A DNA stretch of 64,000 nucleotides from Octopus vulgaris (Eukaryota). The notes beneath the pieces were generated by a model. The model was not told where the DNA came from, searched no databases, and saw only the letters and a list, made by a program, of their open reading frames with translations. A program made the translations under genes and the position numbers. Positions 1 to 14,236 of this stretch are shown one piece after another. The stretch spans positions 38,812,001 to 38,876,000 of the forward strand of contig OX597814.1 of NCBI GenBank assembly GCA_951406725.2, written 5' to 3'. Numbering within the stretch: position 1 is the first letter of the stretch; each line of letters begins with the position of its first letter.

Positions 1-119
1 ATGCTGGTCGATTTCTCTTAAGTGGTCAAGTGACATAAAAGTGACTTGTGGTGAATATAATAGTAGTGGCTGGAATTGTTCTGAGGGTATTATTCTAAGG
101 CTCTTGTAATAGTGTGATT

Positions 120-670
120 TGTGGTGGATGTATTCAAAAGCGTTTAATATTTTTTTGATAAAATATGACTCTTTACTAATGCGCTGAATACAGATTACAT
201 GGTCTTTGAATTTATAGAGGAGAAAAGTTCTGAACCTGGGATGTTTGTTAGTGGCGCCTATGTCGATGTGTTCGCTACATGCTATTTTTCTGTATTGTCG
301 TAGACTGTTTTTGATTTGGCGATTGTATTGCTCTCGACACCCAGGGCAAGTCCATACGTATATTAGATACTCCGGAGCTCACGTGAAGTTGTTTTCCACT
401 GTAAAGCGTTGATCCTGCTTGAAAGAGAAGTCCGACCCCTCATTTAGGTTGACGTATATACCACAGTTAGGTCTTTCGCATTTAATTACTGACGGCTTCC
501 GTGTTGTTGTCGAGCGTAATTGGGCTTTTGTTAGGAGACTTTTCATAGATTATTTTGCTCTTTATGATTGTGTTCGTCTGGAGGATTAAATTCATTTTGT
601 GGTCCCATTTCAAAAGGGGAATGTTCTGGAGAATGGTGTCAAGAGTTTCGTTGTTAAAAGGGTTGTGTGT
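120..670 (-). mobile_element. Penelope-like retroelement fragment (decayed GIY-YIG endonuclease region)
   Basis: Hand translation of 420->121 (-): KQDQRFTVENNFT*APEYLIYVWTCPGCREQYNRQIKNSLRQYRKIACSEHIDIGATNKHPRFRTFLLYKFKDHVICIQRISKESYFIKK. This fits the Penelope pattern LIYxxxCxxCxxxYIGQT...SEH...KExYFI. One in-frame stop. The 421-670 extension is inferred. Confidence 0.75.
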
Positions 671-1029
671 GGAGATGTATTGTAGGGGTACTACTGCAGC
701 TTAAACGATCAAAACCAAGAACTCGTATGAAATATTGGACTACTACTACATGCTACCTGCTACCAAGACCACACATGAGTAAAAACGAGAGACAGCTGCA
801 GACAGAAAAAAAGAAAATTTCCATTTCATTTGAAAACTTGGGAATATTTTGAGAATAGAAAAACATTTCATTCACTTTTCCTCATTTCAATTGTTTTTCA
901 TGCTTTAATCTAAGTTGAAAAGTCGCAAAAACTGAACCCGGTCCTAAAATATTTGTTCGTCATGATAAAATTATTTTAGCATTTTCTACCTTTTCTTATT
1001 TTGCTTTTATATATATATATATATGTGTA

Positions 1030-1061
<32 letters not shown>

Positions 1062-1129
1062 TGTGTGTGTGTGTGTGTATGTGTGTGTATCATATATAGT
1101 TAGGTAGATATATAGATACATGGTGTAGG

Positions 1130-1400
1130 TAGAGTGATCGTTGACTATGTTTGGTATCCCACAAATACTAGTCCTTGGAATTAGAAGCGGGAGAGTCAGG
1201 GTGGGGGGACAGAAATTGCGACCAGAGAAGTGGTAGAAATTCTCCGACAGCTTCTTTTTAATCTTACCAGAGTAATGCCACATAGCCGAACTCTGCTGCC
1301 ATACATATAGACATCTATTTCCACCCCTTTCCAACCTGAAATTGAGCATAATCTCCGGCTTCACATACCCGTCCGAACTGAATCTACGTCACACGACCAA
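1130..1400 (-). mobile_element. maT/DD37D-like Tc1/mariner transposase fragment
   Basis: ORF 996..1364 contains GNRCLYVWQQSSAMWHYSGKIKKKLSENFYHFSGRNFCPP, resembling YVWQQDSAPCH...WLSENFxDFxxxNxWPPNSPD. Same type as the element at 48.4-49.3 kb. Confidence 0.6.
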
Positions 1401-1608
1401 ACACTTTCACAGCTTTGGAGTAATTTACTGATGAAGTGAAATTCAATATTAATCAAACGGGCAACTATTTAATTAGGACATACATAGGATGAAATAGTTG
1501 GTTAAATATAAAATCAAATCAAATGGTATTGACTCCGTACATGTGTTATTATTAGCACAATGACCTTCCTTAGATACAATAATATACAAACATATGCGTA
1601 TATGTGTG

Positions 1609-1660
<52 letters not shown>

Positions 1661-2385
1661 ACATAAATGTGAAACAATGGAAAAAGAGTACTCAAATACA
1701 GTGGTAGAGTAATATGCTTTATTTTAGCACGTACAAAAACTGAGTTTCTCGTTGCCGTTACGCATATTATATATATCGTGCAACGAACAATATAGCATAG
1801 AAATGCCGTTTTAACGTCTTGTCACCATGTGTGTGTGTATGTGCATACGTTCGAGAGAATACTTGAAGAATATACTCTAGGTGGCCAGAGTCTCATAAAC
1901 AGAATGAATGCAAAAATGATACAGAATATAACTCAAGCATCTATTTGTTCAACTGACAAGTTATTAGTTAAAGGTAATAAAGTACAAACAGTAAGATTAG
2001 ATAAATAATATTTCCTCGAAATCTTACTTAATCTTAGATTTTTACCAAAGATTTTAAAAAGGCTTCAGTCGTATAAATTGAGGTGTAATTGTTCTTAAAT
2101 GGTAATCAAGAACAATTTCGATTTCACGTATACGATTCTCTTAGACCATTATAAAAGTATATTCAAAGGTCGTACGTAATCATATTCATCACAAGTTTTT
2201 AAATTGTTCCGATTACATAGATTTTATGATATTTATTTCCTTATGAGAATTTAAGTATTTATTCCAAAATAGAAATCTAAATAATATCTTTTTAATAAAT
2301 AGCCAGTAGTACAAAAAGGGGAAAATACTGTTTCAGGATACACTCCGCCCCAGACACACACACACATACACACCTATATACTGAG

Positions 2386-2555
<170 letters not shown>

Positions 2556-2797
2556 TATGTAGAAAAAACCTACATACACATTTAACCTATATATACGCAG
2601 ACACAGCGGATGTATTAGTATATTTGTGCAAGTATGTGCTGCTGCGTTGTGTATGCACTTGAGCGAACTAATTCTGGAGAAATGAAGAATATAACAAAGA
2701 TGTTCATCCAATTACGCGTTTCATTTAAGTTAAAATGGAAAAATTCTGAAACGTTGATATATAAATATACACAGAATCATAGGAATGCGCACGCGTA

Positions 2798-2834
<37 letters not shown>

Positions 2835-4172
2835 ATACATACATTCATACATACGTATATACATATATATACATACATACACAAAAAAAATATACATATA
2901 CATATGTTTATATGTATATGTATATAAACACGTAAGTTTAAACATTTCACTATGGTTAAGTGATTTTCCTTCTGTTTTTGAGCCAATAGAGAATGATTTC
3001 ATTGAAGGAGTCAAGAGCGTAAGAATACTTTTTTCAAAAATAATATTTTATTGATTATAAAAGATATAAACGACGAGGATCCTTGTTTTTCTCATTTTTG
3101 TCATATATAAATATATCTATTTTCAGATCTAACTATATATTTTTGAACAATTTACTGTTCATTTATGCGTTATATATTTGCTTCCATTATACTGGTTTAA
3201 GAGCTTCTAAATATATGAACATACATACACACATAATCAGAAATGATACGTTTCACGAATCAAATTTTCAAATTCAAATTCATACACATTTATAACAATA
3301 CATACATCGATCAATACATATATATAGCTACACAATTTCTCTAATATAACCATTGACACCCCACGAAATAACTGTGTGTTTATTGTATGTGCATGTACTT
3401 GTGTGTATGTATATCTGTGAGTGCACGTTCGTGTATATATCATTAACATACAACTACTATGGATCCGTGTAATATAAAATCTTCCTTTCTTATTCATATT
3501 TTAATTCCATGTTTCATTTTTCTCTGAAATAAACAATTGATAACAATTGAGTTATTGAACGGGAGACACAGATTGGAGTGATATTTAAATATAGTTTCCA
3601 AATATTGCTATCTTTTTACATGTATCAACGTGTGTGTATGTGTGCACGCGAAACCATCACTTAAGCCTCTGAATCTTAATGAAAAATAAGGGGCATCGAC
3701 GTAATATACGACGTTTTGGGAGTATTATGAGAGAAGGTGGATTTCGTCCCTATCTAGGTGTAGTGATAGATCCGATTCTGAAAGAAATCGCGTCCCGTAA
3801 GAAAGCCTGCAAAAACAAAAGTCGACTTTAATCTGGCTATGCACGCGTATGCATATAAATGTGTATATTTTTACACAAACATACAAACACACACAAATAC
3901 ACTCGCTCGCGCACAAACACACACACACACATATGTACTAGTCCCTTCATTCTCTGAGTTTCACCTGTAAAAGCAACAGTCTAATGTGACCAAATGAATA
4001 ATATCCACGAAGTTGCTAATTTTCTTTTAACTTTCGCGATTGTAAAGTCAGGAACACCGGTTTAAAATCATATATCTGTACATTTTATCATATCATGATA
4101 TGGTTTACGTATATTCTTGATTTCGGATCATCTTTTTCGGGATCTCATCTTTTGACGAAGATCAAAGTGTAG

Positions 4173-5600
4173 TACACGAAGGGATACCAAAAAGAAACCA
4201 GAATTTTGCAATATTATTTCGGCCGAAATAAGATTAAGATTAATGTAAAAAATAAATAACACTGAAGCAAAATAACACCAAATATATAGTGCGTGTGTTT
4301 TTATTGGCTAAACAGGCAAAATGACCATCCCGAAATATAACAATATCTGTTTCAACACACGACTTCACATAAAAAATCTTGCACAACAAATATATAAACG
4401 TACTATTTTATTCACATAGTTTTACATGTTTATATTTTTATCGCCTTCAATGTATTCTCCATTTGAAGCAATGCATCTGTACAGACGCGTTTTTCAGTGT
4501 TTGAAGCAGCCCTAGAACTCACGTGAAGTGATGCATTTTTACCCCTTCGTCGTTTTTTCCTTCACCTCTTCTGCATCTGCACATCGCCTTCCTATAAGGA
4601 TAGACTTTATTCTACGAAATAAAAAAAATGTTGCAGCGAGCAAGATCGAGTCAACAGGGAGGGTGGGTAACCAGGATGATGCCATGTATGGTCAAAAACT
4701 GTCCAACACTCATGCGGTGTGCAAAGGAGCATTGTCTTGATGAAACCACGACTCCCCACCTTGCCATTGGTCGGTGCGTTCTCGTCTCGCCATTTCTCGC
4801 AAATTCTTGAGAACTCTAAAGTAAAATGTCTGGCTAACAGTTTTATCTGGACGGACAAATACTGTGTGGAAATTTTTTTCACATCGGTCAACCAAATCAA
4901 TATCGTGTTGATATTGTACTTTTCTTGACGCACATTTGGGGTGGTGGCGTGATGACACTATATACTTCTACTGACTTGATTGATGGTACGTTTTTTGGTC
5001 GAAGCCGTAGTACCAGCCTTCGTCACCAGTAATGACATTCGGAAAATCTTTCGAATCAACTTCCAACAGTTCTCTTAGTTCACGACACGCATTCAGTCGT
5101 GGCTGCTTTTGGTCCTCCCTGAGCAAGTGATGTACAAATTTTGCTGCAACTCTCTTTATTCGCAATTCCCTGCTCAAAATTATTTGGGAGGAACTCCAGG
5201 ATACAACAGTCATATAAAAAGTTTCTTCAATTGTTCGGCCACTGTTCTCCAAGATCAGTTCATGAATTTTCGGGATATTTTCATTCGTTCGGGACGTTCC
5301 TATAGTGTGAAAACCATTCGAAAACTTGTGTTTTGCATACGGCACACTTCTTGTAAGCTGTTTGAAGCATTATAGCTGTTTTGTCTGCCGTTTTCTCCTG
5401 CAACAAATAGAATTTCACCGAAGCACACTGTTCCTCCGTTTCAGCCTTCGCAAAATTCGACGAACAGGGGAGAAGCACTGCGAAACGTGTTAGTACAATG
5501 ACTAAAAATGTTGGTCGGCAGACTGATTTCTGAGGGTCGCATCAAGTTGCTTCTAGCGGCAGAAGCCTGAACTACAACGAGTTGAACTACCCGGTGACAT
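4173..5600 (-). mobile_element. Degenerate mariner (DD34D-type) transposon with frameshifted transposase pseudogene at ~4435-5478
   Basis: ORF pieces: EEQCASVKF...KTQVFEWF (HTH), AAKFVHHLL (WVPHEL-like), VITGDEGWYYGFD, WFHQDNAPLHTA. Hand translation continues THPPC*LDLARCNIFLF...RCIASNGEYIEGD. TA plus TIR-like cacgaagggataccaaaaagaaaccagaattt at 4173-4206. The other TIR was not found. Confidence 0.9.
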
Positions 5601-6068
5601 TCAAATGTTATTTGTTCTTAAAACAGAGTACAAACTATACCACACTTTGAAGATATTCAAAGATGACATCTATTACAATGGTAATAGGTATCTTATTTCC
5701 GCGAAGCCACAAACTTCTAAATTTAAATTCTAGATAGCCTAAGAAAGAATAAATTTGATCGTAGGTTTGCTAGATTAGGTGTGAAATAGATCACCTGCAT
5801 CACTAAGTCTTCATTCTTTAAAGAAGTAAATGACTTGTGGTATTGAACAAGTTATATGTCAATAATGTGGCTATGCTGTTAAGACATCTTCTATGTGTTC
5901 GTTAACATGTTAAATTTATCAGGTAAAATTCTCAAAAATTATTTAAAGTTATCTAAAATGACGTAAAAGATTGTGTAGTCACAAATATATTATGCCAGGA
6001 TAAAAGATAAAATAGTTTGGGGTGAAGTATGTTTAATCAAGGGATCAAATATATGAACTGAATAACGA

Positions 6069-7581
6069 TACACTGAACCACAAAAGAAACGCGAGACGCG
6101 TGTGACTGTGAAATATGTTTTAATTTCATTATGTTAGAGATAAACTTTGATAAATCTGATAAAGTCAATTTCTTGGAAGCACTTTGGCGACAGCCTATGG
6201 GTCGATGTATGTGTTCAGGTAGTAGGCGGATCCAGCACATCGAGATTGTAAAGGGTTACGTTTTCAATACCATGTATGTCATCCTTTTGTGTTCAAAACG
6301 GCGAAACACCGTCGGTACATGGACTGCATGATATGAAGCGGCTCAAACAAAGCCATTGGCACCTGTGTCCACATCATGAGGAAATATGCCTCCAGTTCCA
6401 CACTAGTTGTTGTTGGGACTACTTGGTTCAGCCGTCTCTGGATTTCATCCCACAAATATTCAATTGGATCCAAATCCAGTCTGAGAGCTGACCACGGCAT
6501 GGTCCTGATGTTGTACTGACGCAGGATGTCTATGGTGACTCCTAGCCATGTAATAGGGAGCAGTGTCTTGTTGGGACACGTGGATCTGGTGACGCGCGAA
6601 GAATGGCACAATGTGAGGTTTTAGGATCTGGTCAACGTAGCGCTGCTCTGTGATGCCATTCCCTCTGCCTTCACCAACATGCTGGAACACATGAGGCCCA
6701 TTTCTCTGATTCAGGCCTATAGCACACCAATCCATGATACTTTGGCCACATATGCGTCTCTGCAGCGTTCACTCCTCCTACGCAACAGCTTTACTCTGCC
6801 AGCCGAGGTAGAAACGCAGTACTATCTCTCGTCAGAGAAGACTATCGATCGCCATTGTTGATGCTACCAATGTCAGTGTTGCGTTGCTCACTGGAGGCGT
6901 GCCTGACGGTGGCTGGCAGTGAGGACAGGCCCTCGTGTAGGATGACGGCAAAGCAAGTATTTGGCGGCCAGTCGACGTCGTACCGTGTCGTCGCTGATGG
7001 GTTGCTGTCCAGTGCCAATGGTGGCACCAGCTGTCACGCTGGCTGGTCTGAAGCAATCAAGGTCGTATTGCAGGTGGATGAAGCAGTCCTGCTAAGGCGT
7101 GGTCACCCAGGAGCTCCCTCTGCGGCCACGGTCTGCCTTGCTTTTGGTGCTGTTTTATCGCTGATGTAGGCGATAGATGGTACTGACATGGACATTTTAA
7201 AATTTCGCAACAACCATAGCACGCAGCCCTATTTCAAATCGACCAATATCTTTTTTCCTTTGCGCTGCTGACAATTGGAAGAAACCTGATGCGGTGAAAC
7301 TATGAACGCCAGGAACGCTGTTCAAGTTGTTTATTTTTTTATATCCATAATCTCGAGATGCATGTGCATTTCTGTTTTGATGACAACTGTTTGCGACTGC
7401 AAGCTACGACATTCAACGCAGCTGCGTTTTGGCGTCTCATTTTAGGGCAAGTTGAAAGGTTACCTGCAATTAGGATCTAATCCATGAATATTTACACTTA
7501 CATCCCAGAAAAACATTTCAGAATTTACAATATAAAAATGATATTTGAAAAAATTGCGTTTCCTTTGAAGTTCAGATTATA
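6069..7581 (-). mobile_element. Degenerate, near full-length Tc1-like (DD34E) transposon
   Basis: ORFs give GITEQRYVDQILKPHIVPF...QQDTAP and PWSALRLDLDPIEYLWDEIQRR...SMYRRCFAVL (Tc1 SPDLNPIE motif). Imperfect TIRs: ta-cactgaaccacaaaagaaacgc (6069-6092) versus gcgtttcctttgaagttcagat-tata (7556-7581). Confidence 0.88.
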
Positions 7582-8852
7582 GCATATAACTTGTTATGAA
7601 GACGTAAGATTGAAGACTGTTTCACAATTCCATATGAAGGCTATCCACCAATAGAGTAAAGACATTTAGACAGCTGCTTCAACTTCTATGGATTCGGGTT
7701 CATGATTCCATAAGACTCCAATGTATGAATTACAGATAAGCTCTTCTTGTACGTTTTATATATATTTGATTATTGCACAAGATTCAGTGAACCTACGTCT
7801 TCATGATCAGAAACACTCGCAAAATACCCGCAGGGTGAGATATTACAAACAGCCGAATTGTCAGATACAAACGACCAATAAGAAATTCTTATGTCAAAGG
7901 GGGAACCTAAACGAATGTACACCTGTTCCTTTACTGAAAATTGTTTGAATGACAAAGAATATCTGGCCGACAAGTAGAACGTTATAAAGACATATTAAAA
8001 AGGAATTTGGAAATAAAATGTATAAGTTATTAAATTAGTATCATGAAGAATTTATGCTTCGAGAGGGTTTTTAAATATCTGCGAAGGCAATCACGAATTC
8101 TTAAAATCAACGGTAGCTACTAAATTAAATGAATTTGTAATATTTTTTTCTTCAATAATTTATGACAAGTATAATCACCGAAGGAAACCAGAGACCCAGG
8201 GGAGATAGCAAATGATAAAGAAAAAGTGTGAGTATATGTAGTTAATGGAAAGAGAATAAATGTGAAATGAATATTAAAACTGTAAGCCCGCGAAATAATT
8301 AATACTAATTAAAGGGTATATATCTGAAGAATATGATTCTACTTATTTTCAGGAAATAAGGCAAAAATGATATTTTTCGTTATTTTTGTACTGTTTCGTG
8401 GCTGATTTGAATGCTTGTCATTCGATTTTTATATTCTGATATTTGTAGCAGATAGGCCACATTTGTACCTTTATAGCAGTGATGGAAGTAAGCCAATATT
8501 TAAGCAGTTCATATATTTGAGAAACATAACACAGGGTTATATGTTGAAGTGAAGTGACGTCTGGTTAAAGGTCAAAACCTAAGGGATATATAACATTGAT
8601 GAATATTTCAGCAGAAACAAAAGTAATGATTTCATTTAGGTTCAAATGAGCCAGGATATTTTTTTCCATTTTAATTATCACAATTTCATATCAATAGTCA
8701 CGATCCCTTGAATAATTTGCATTTTCTGGAAGCGTGCATGATTAAAAATCGAAAAGCAATCAGTAATTGTGTATGCCTCAGAATTATTGCAGCTCTCTCT
8801 TTTCCCTTCCTCTCTGTCTGTCTGCTTCTATTTCACTCAATCTATCTCTCTT

Positions 8853-8901
<49 letters not shown>

Positions 8902-9084
8902 CTCATATTCTCAAGAATATTCTAAAATTTTGGTATTAGTTGCTCCTACGATTCTTGTCCAAACTAATTAAACATGCAGTACAAAGATTACGTTAATAAA
9001 ACCATGTTTAAAGAAACCACATCAGCATATACACATACATGCATGCATACACACACATACAGATACACACATTCACACACACAC

Positions 9085-9134
<50 letters not shown>

Positions 9135-9554
9135 CTAGAAAAAAGAAAGAAAATGGGAGGTGTGAAAAACCTACATATATGCTTCAGTACTACCCCTAGT
9201 TTATGTAATTCTAAGAAGCATTTGGTTATAGGCTAAGAAAGGTATCATTTTAAAATATATCGGACTTCTTCAGGGTTATTACGAGCTTATAGAATGTTAA
9301 CATTTTTCGTTGAAGGATTCAAGCGGAATAGTAATAAGTTTAAGGAATTAGATCTTATATATAATCCATTTTCTGTCCGTCTTTATAGATCCATATTGTC
9401 TCTTTCAATATCAATAATATGTATTACTACAATACTCCCTAATATATCCCAGAGAATTTCGCATTAGATGATAGTGACTAACCAGTGCAAACTTTTGGAT
9501 TATTTAACCCCTAATCCTAATTATTTAATTACTCGAATTGACTATACACGCACG

Positions 9555-9668
<114 letters not shown>

Positions 9669-11380
9669 CTAGCCTATCAACACTGTTAGATTCCAGGCTA
9701 ACCCGGAAAATCTTCAAGGGTAAAATATCTTGGTTTCTCAACGGTAAAACCGTTGTGTGTGTATGGCGTAAACATAATTCATAATCCAAATAATAAGAAA
9801 ACAAAATATCTTTACCACATCTTTAATGATTTGTTTGAATTGTTTCTGTATCAATTCTGCTTGCAACTCCAGTTTATGAAATAATTCAGGGAGAAAATTT
9901 ACGTAATGTTTGCAATTTTAGGCATAAGATATGTATTTCATTAGATTTGCATCAAATGTGCGCTCGTACATAGTGCGTTTTCCATATTTGACTAAAATGG
10001 ACAATTATCGAATTGTGTATTACATTACGGACTATCACTTGCTCATTAGATATATATTTTATAAGGATTTAACTAATGTGTAACCCTTGCAAAAGAGAAT
10101 ATACTTGCTCTCCTATATATAGAGAGAAGCCTTGCAATTTTGAACCATAATTAAATATAAAAATCCTTTATCATGAAATATTTTGTGTTTGATTACAAAA
10201 TCTATAGCTTGAATGATTGCAAATAATTCATAGAGATATTTTGCTTCTGACTACGTATGTACAAGCTTCTGGAAACATCCATTGTTTACTTTATTCTTTC
10301 AAATTGCAGTTTTCGCAGCATGATATCACCTTGTACAACTATTCTCTGAAATATATATGAAATTATTGAGCAATTTTAAGTTTATACCATAGCTGCTAAA
10401 AGATCAGGCCTTTAAAATGCACTCAAATAACAACATATTTAAAAAATAATAATAATTTGTATGTATACGCGTGTATATGCATGTTTATGTGGATTGTCCT
10501 CGGTTAAGGACAATGTATATAACATTGATCATTTTAGGCAAAACTGTTCATGTTTAGTCAAATATATTCTTGATAATTTATATGAAAAATATCACTTCAC
10601 TTGACTAACAAATTTCCGTGAGCTTTTTATATTAGGATTATCAAAATTAATTTTCAATCCCTTATTACTTAAAGAAACTGAATGCAAATAAAATTGCAAA
10701 ATATTTCTATATTAACAGAAGCAAGAATATTTAGCTTGAAATACTTTAACATTTCTAAAAGAAAAGAGAATTCCACGTCTCGACGAACAAGAGGTACAAT
10801 GTACAGTAATTAATATACAATTTGATTTGAGTCAAATATTATTATGCGTGTATTCAGCTGTTCATCAGCAGGTTTATGATCAATATTGTAAGGAAATTGT
10901 TCAAAAGTTGTTAATTAAACCTAGTGGTCAAATGGTCATAAAAAACGAAAGAGTGGTCAAGTGGTCAGAAAAAACTAAAGAGTACAAAAAGATTACAAAT
11001 CTATCATTAGTTTGTCACACAAGAGAACAACATATAGATATTCAATACTTAAGATTACATTAATCAGTGTTTTTAAATACCATCCATGGATAAAAAAACG
11101 AGCTCCACACAAATACGCAAGCACACAGAGGCATTCGCATGTAGATGGATAAATATATGTCCTATAACATCCAAGAGTAATTCTTGGTATATTGTAATTA
11201 CCTCCGTTTCCAAAGAAAGCAGAATAATTGCCATGTTGTGATACAAAATCCCACTCAGAGAAAGGTGAAGTATATATCTACTCGGTAATGCCACTTATCA
11301 ATTTGCCGTGTAAATATAAATACACACTCATACACCGCACACGCACACAGGTGCATACACAGATACATTTATAAATATTA

Positions 11381-11560
11381 TTTTCTTCTCTAAGCACAGT
11401 GCCCGAAATTTTGGAGGAGGGAGCCAGCCGATTAGATCGACACAAGTAGGCAACTGGTGCTTAATTTATCGACCCCGAAAGGGTGAAAGGCAAAGTCGAC
11501 CTCGGCGGAATTTGAACTCAGAACGTAAGACAGACGAAATATCACTAAGCATTTCGCCCC
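11381..11560 (-). mobile_element. tRNA-derived SINE, family A
   Basis: Core atcgaccccgaaagggtgaaaggcaaagtcgacctcggcggaatttgaactc (B-box gagttcaaat on -) recurs at 27.1, 27.9, 28.5, 33.0, 35.3 and 54.1 kb. Confidence 0.9.
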
Positions 11561-12359
11561 ATCCAGTTGTCCATAGTTACCTGCGTGAACAGGAGAGACC
11601 GCTTAGAAGACCTTATATAAATCTATAATCGTTTCTTTCTGAAATATATTTTATGGAAGATATTTTTCCATTAGAATGTTATGTAAAAGAAAATCAATAT
11701 AAAATACAAATCAGATGTCAAAGAAAAGCATGCAACTTCTCAAAATTGATGAATTAGCTTGTTCTATTAAAAATTAGACATATCGAAGTGTTCTTTGGAC
11801 GACCAAGGAAATTCATCTCTGTGAAATGTATCACACTCACATGCCTGGGAATGGAGGATATTATTGTCTAAACTGTAAAATTCTGACGTTTGCGAATTTG
11901 ATAAACATGACAATGTTCCCCTCGAATATTCTACTTTCCTTCCAATTAGAAATTGCTAATGCAGCGAATTCAATAGTGACACATAAAAATCTACAACAAA
12001 ATTAGTTGGGGTTCGCAACATTCGATGTGTCTATGAATTTCAACCAAATAATGCATACATAGAATATAGTTGTCTAAACACTACTTTAAGCAATATAAGA
12101 ATTATGTGAATTAGGATTTAAGCAAATTAACACTTTTATTTATTCGATATGTCAGATTAAATATGACATAAAATTAAGACGAAACTATATTTCAAATTTC
12201 ATAGATCATATTACTAAGCGAATATGACTTTTCCCATATTCGAGAATTTAACTGAATTAAATAATTGACAAAACCAAGCGCTGTAATTTAATTAGCAAAA
12301 GAACAACAAAAAATTATTTCCTGAAAGCATTCTCTGAAAACCGTCATAACTCCAATAAT

Positions 12360-12730
12360 GCTTTGTACATAGAGCAATTGAAATGTCGATGTTGGAAATC
12401 TCGCTGGGACACTACATCCGTAACGAGGAGATGAGGAATATAACTGGAGTGAAGGGCATCATCGCAGAATATCACCACGCAAAGCAACGGTGAGCCGGTC
12501 GTGTCGCAAGCTTCACAGACAATTGGTGGACACATGCAGTTGTCGAGAGTTACCAACGCAAACGGGAGAGACCACTCGGAAGTACTCCAATCAGGTCAGA
12601 AGAAGATTTAAGATGTTTCGAACTACCTGAAAGAGATGGCAAGGGCATGAGGGGAATAGAGCAAATGCTGTGGCCAGCGAAGCCGACTCAGAACCTGACA
12701 GACTGGTCGATCCAGATGATCCAGGTTATA
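12360..12730 (+). mobile_element. RTE-clade LINE 3' fragment
   Basis: Hand translation RAIEMSMLEISLGHYIRNEEMRNITGVKGII...KQR*AGRVASFTDNWWTHAVVESYQRKRERPLG matches the RTE C-terminal pattern IRNEEIR...WAGHVAR..DNRWT...RPxGRP. Confidence 0.8.
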
Positions 12731-13248
12731 CGTATAAGGGAAGCAAATTAGTAAAAAATTCAAAATATAGCAACCATACAAAGTGGAAATATGCTTCTAA
12801 ACATTCTGTGAGGAGCTTTTACACGTCCTTACGCTATATAGGATGCGTACAGAAATCCTAAATATGACACATAAATATGCATTTGCTTAAAGCATGTATT
12901 ACGATTGTGGAACATCATACAGATGTGTGCAAAATTGCAGGCAATATTTTATTCATTACACTGTGATATTCATAAACTAAATATAACCATGATTCAGTTC
13001 ATAATATACTAATAATATCAAAAATCATGATTTTTGTCATTTTTATCGGTACGTTGGTAAGTAAAAGCCCTATCGAAATATATGTATTTCTGAATTTACG
13101 AATCTAAGAAGAGACATTTATATATATATATATACATGTGTGTTTGTGTGTCTCTGTGTGTGCGTATGTGTGTGTGTGTGTGAATGTATGTGTATATGTA
13201 TGTATGCATGTATGTATGTATGTATGTATGTATTAGAAAAATTACATA

Positions 13249-13425
13249 TGTTTCGACCAAAGATTTGTCAAGGCCATGTCCAAGTCAATAGCATCGCCTG
13301 ATTGGATTATCTGGTATTCCTTGAAGAAATTTGTCCAGATTTCGTTTAAAGGTGATGAGATCTTTTTCCTTATTGATCTGTTTTGGGACAGATGTTAAAC
13401 AGGGCAGGGCCAGTTGAGCAAAAGA
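13249..13425 (-). mobile_element. CR1/L2-type LINE extreme 3' end
   Basis: ORF 13285..13530 contains VPKQINKEKDLITFKRNLDKFLQGIPDNP (FKxxLDxFLxxIPDxP terminal motif), followed by a catggcc...gaaac tail. Confidence 0.7.
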
Positions 13426-13960
13426 GCACACACAACTACACGCATAAATACACGCACTCATAACTACCCGCACATACACCTGTACACGCACACACGCACG
13501 CACACGCATACACGCACAAAATAAATGCACCTATACCCCTACGAAACCCCTTGTCCACACACACATGCACACACACACATAATACACACGCACATACACA
13601 CACACGTCCACACGCACATACACTCACACACGTTTATATACACACACACTAGCATACACACAAACCCACACGCAAATGAACCGACACGTAACTCCAATAC
13701 ACACACAGCACACACTCATACATACACGCACACAATTATGCATACTTGTACGCACGCACGCACATACAAGCACACAGGCACACATACACAGAGTAAAGTA
13801 AGATACTCCACACTCATCCTCACACATACACACATACACACAAACACTCACATACATACACGCACACACTGCAAAAAATCACACACAAACTCAATATACA
13901 TACACGCGCGCACACACACAGACCAGCGCACACGCACGTACCCCCACCCCCACACACTTA
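13425..13960. repeat. Degenerate (CA)n-rich array
   Basis: Imperfect CA/CACG/CATA repeats seen directly. Confidence 0.9.
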
Positions 13961-14236
13961 CCTCCTTTTCTTGCACTCTCCCGTCTTTGAAGGAACATTT
14001 TCTGCACCCATTCCCTTCCGATCATTTCAATATGTGACCGCGTGTGTATCGTTGGCTACTTTCTTTCTCCGTCTTCCCTTCCTGGACGTTTTCTTGTTTC
14101 TATATTTCTGACGAAGAGCTCCTCACGAAACGTGAAATCCTCCTTCTTTCTTTCCTTTCCTGAGCGTCCAATAATACTATACTTATTCCGCGTCCAATAA
14201 TACTATACTTAGTTTTTCCTTTGTTCATGTTTGGAT

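Noticed and set aside
7590-8480. Possible additional DNA transposon remnant
   Set aside because: No transposase motif or paired TIR could be identified.
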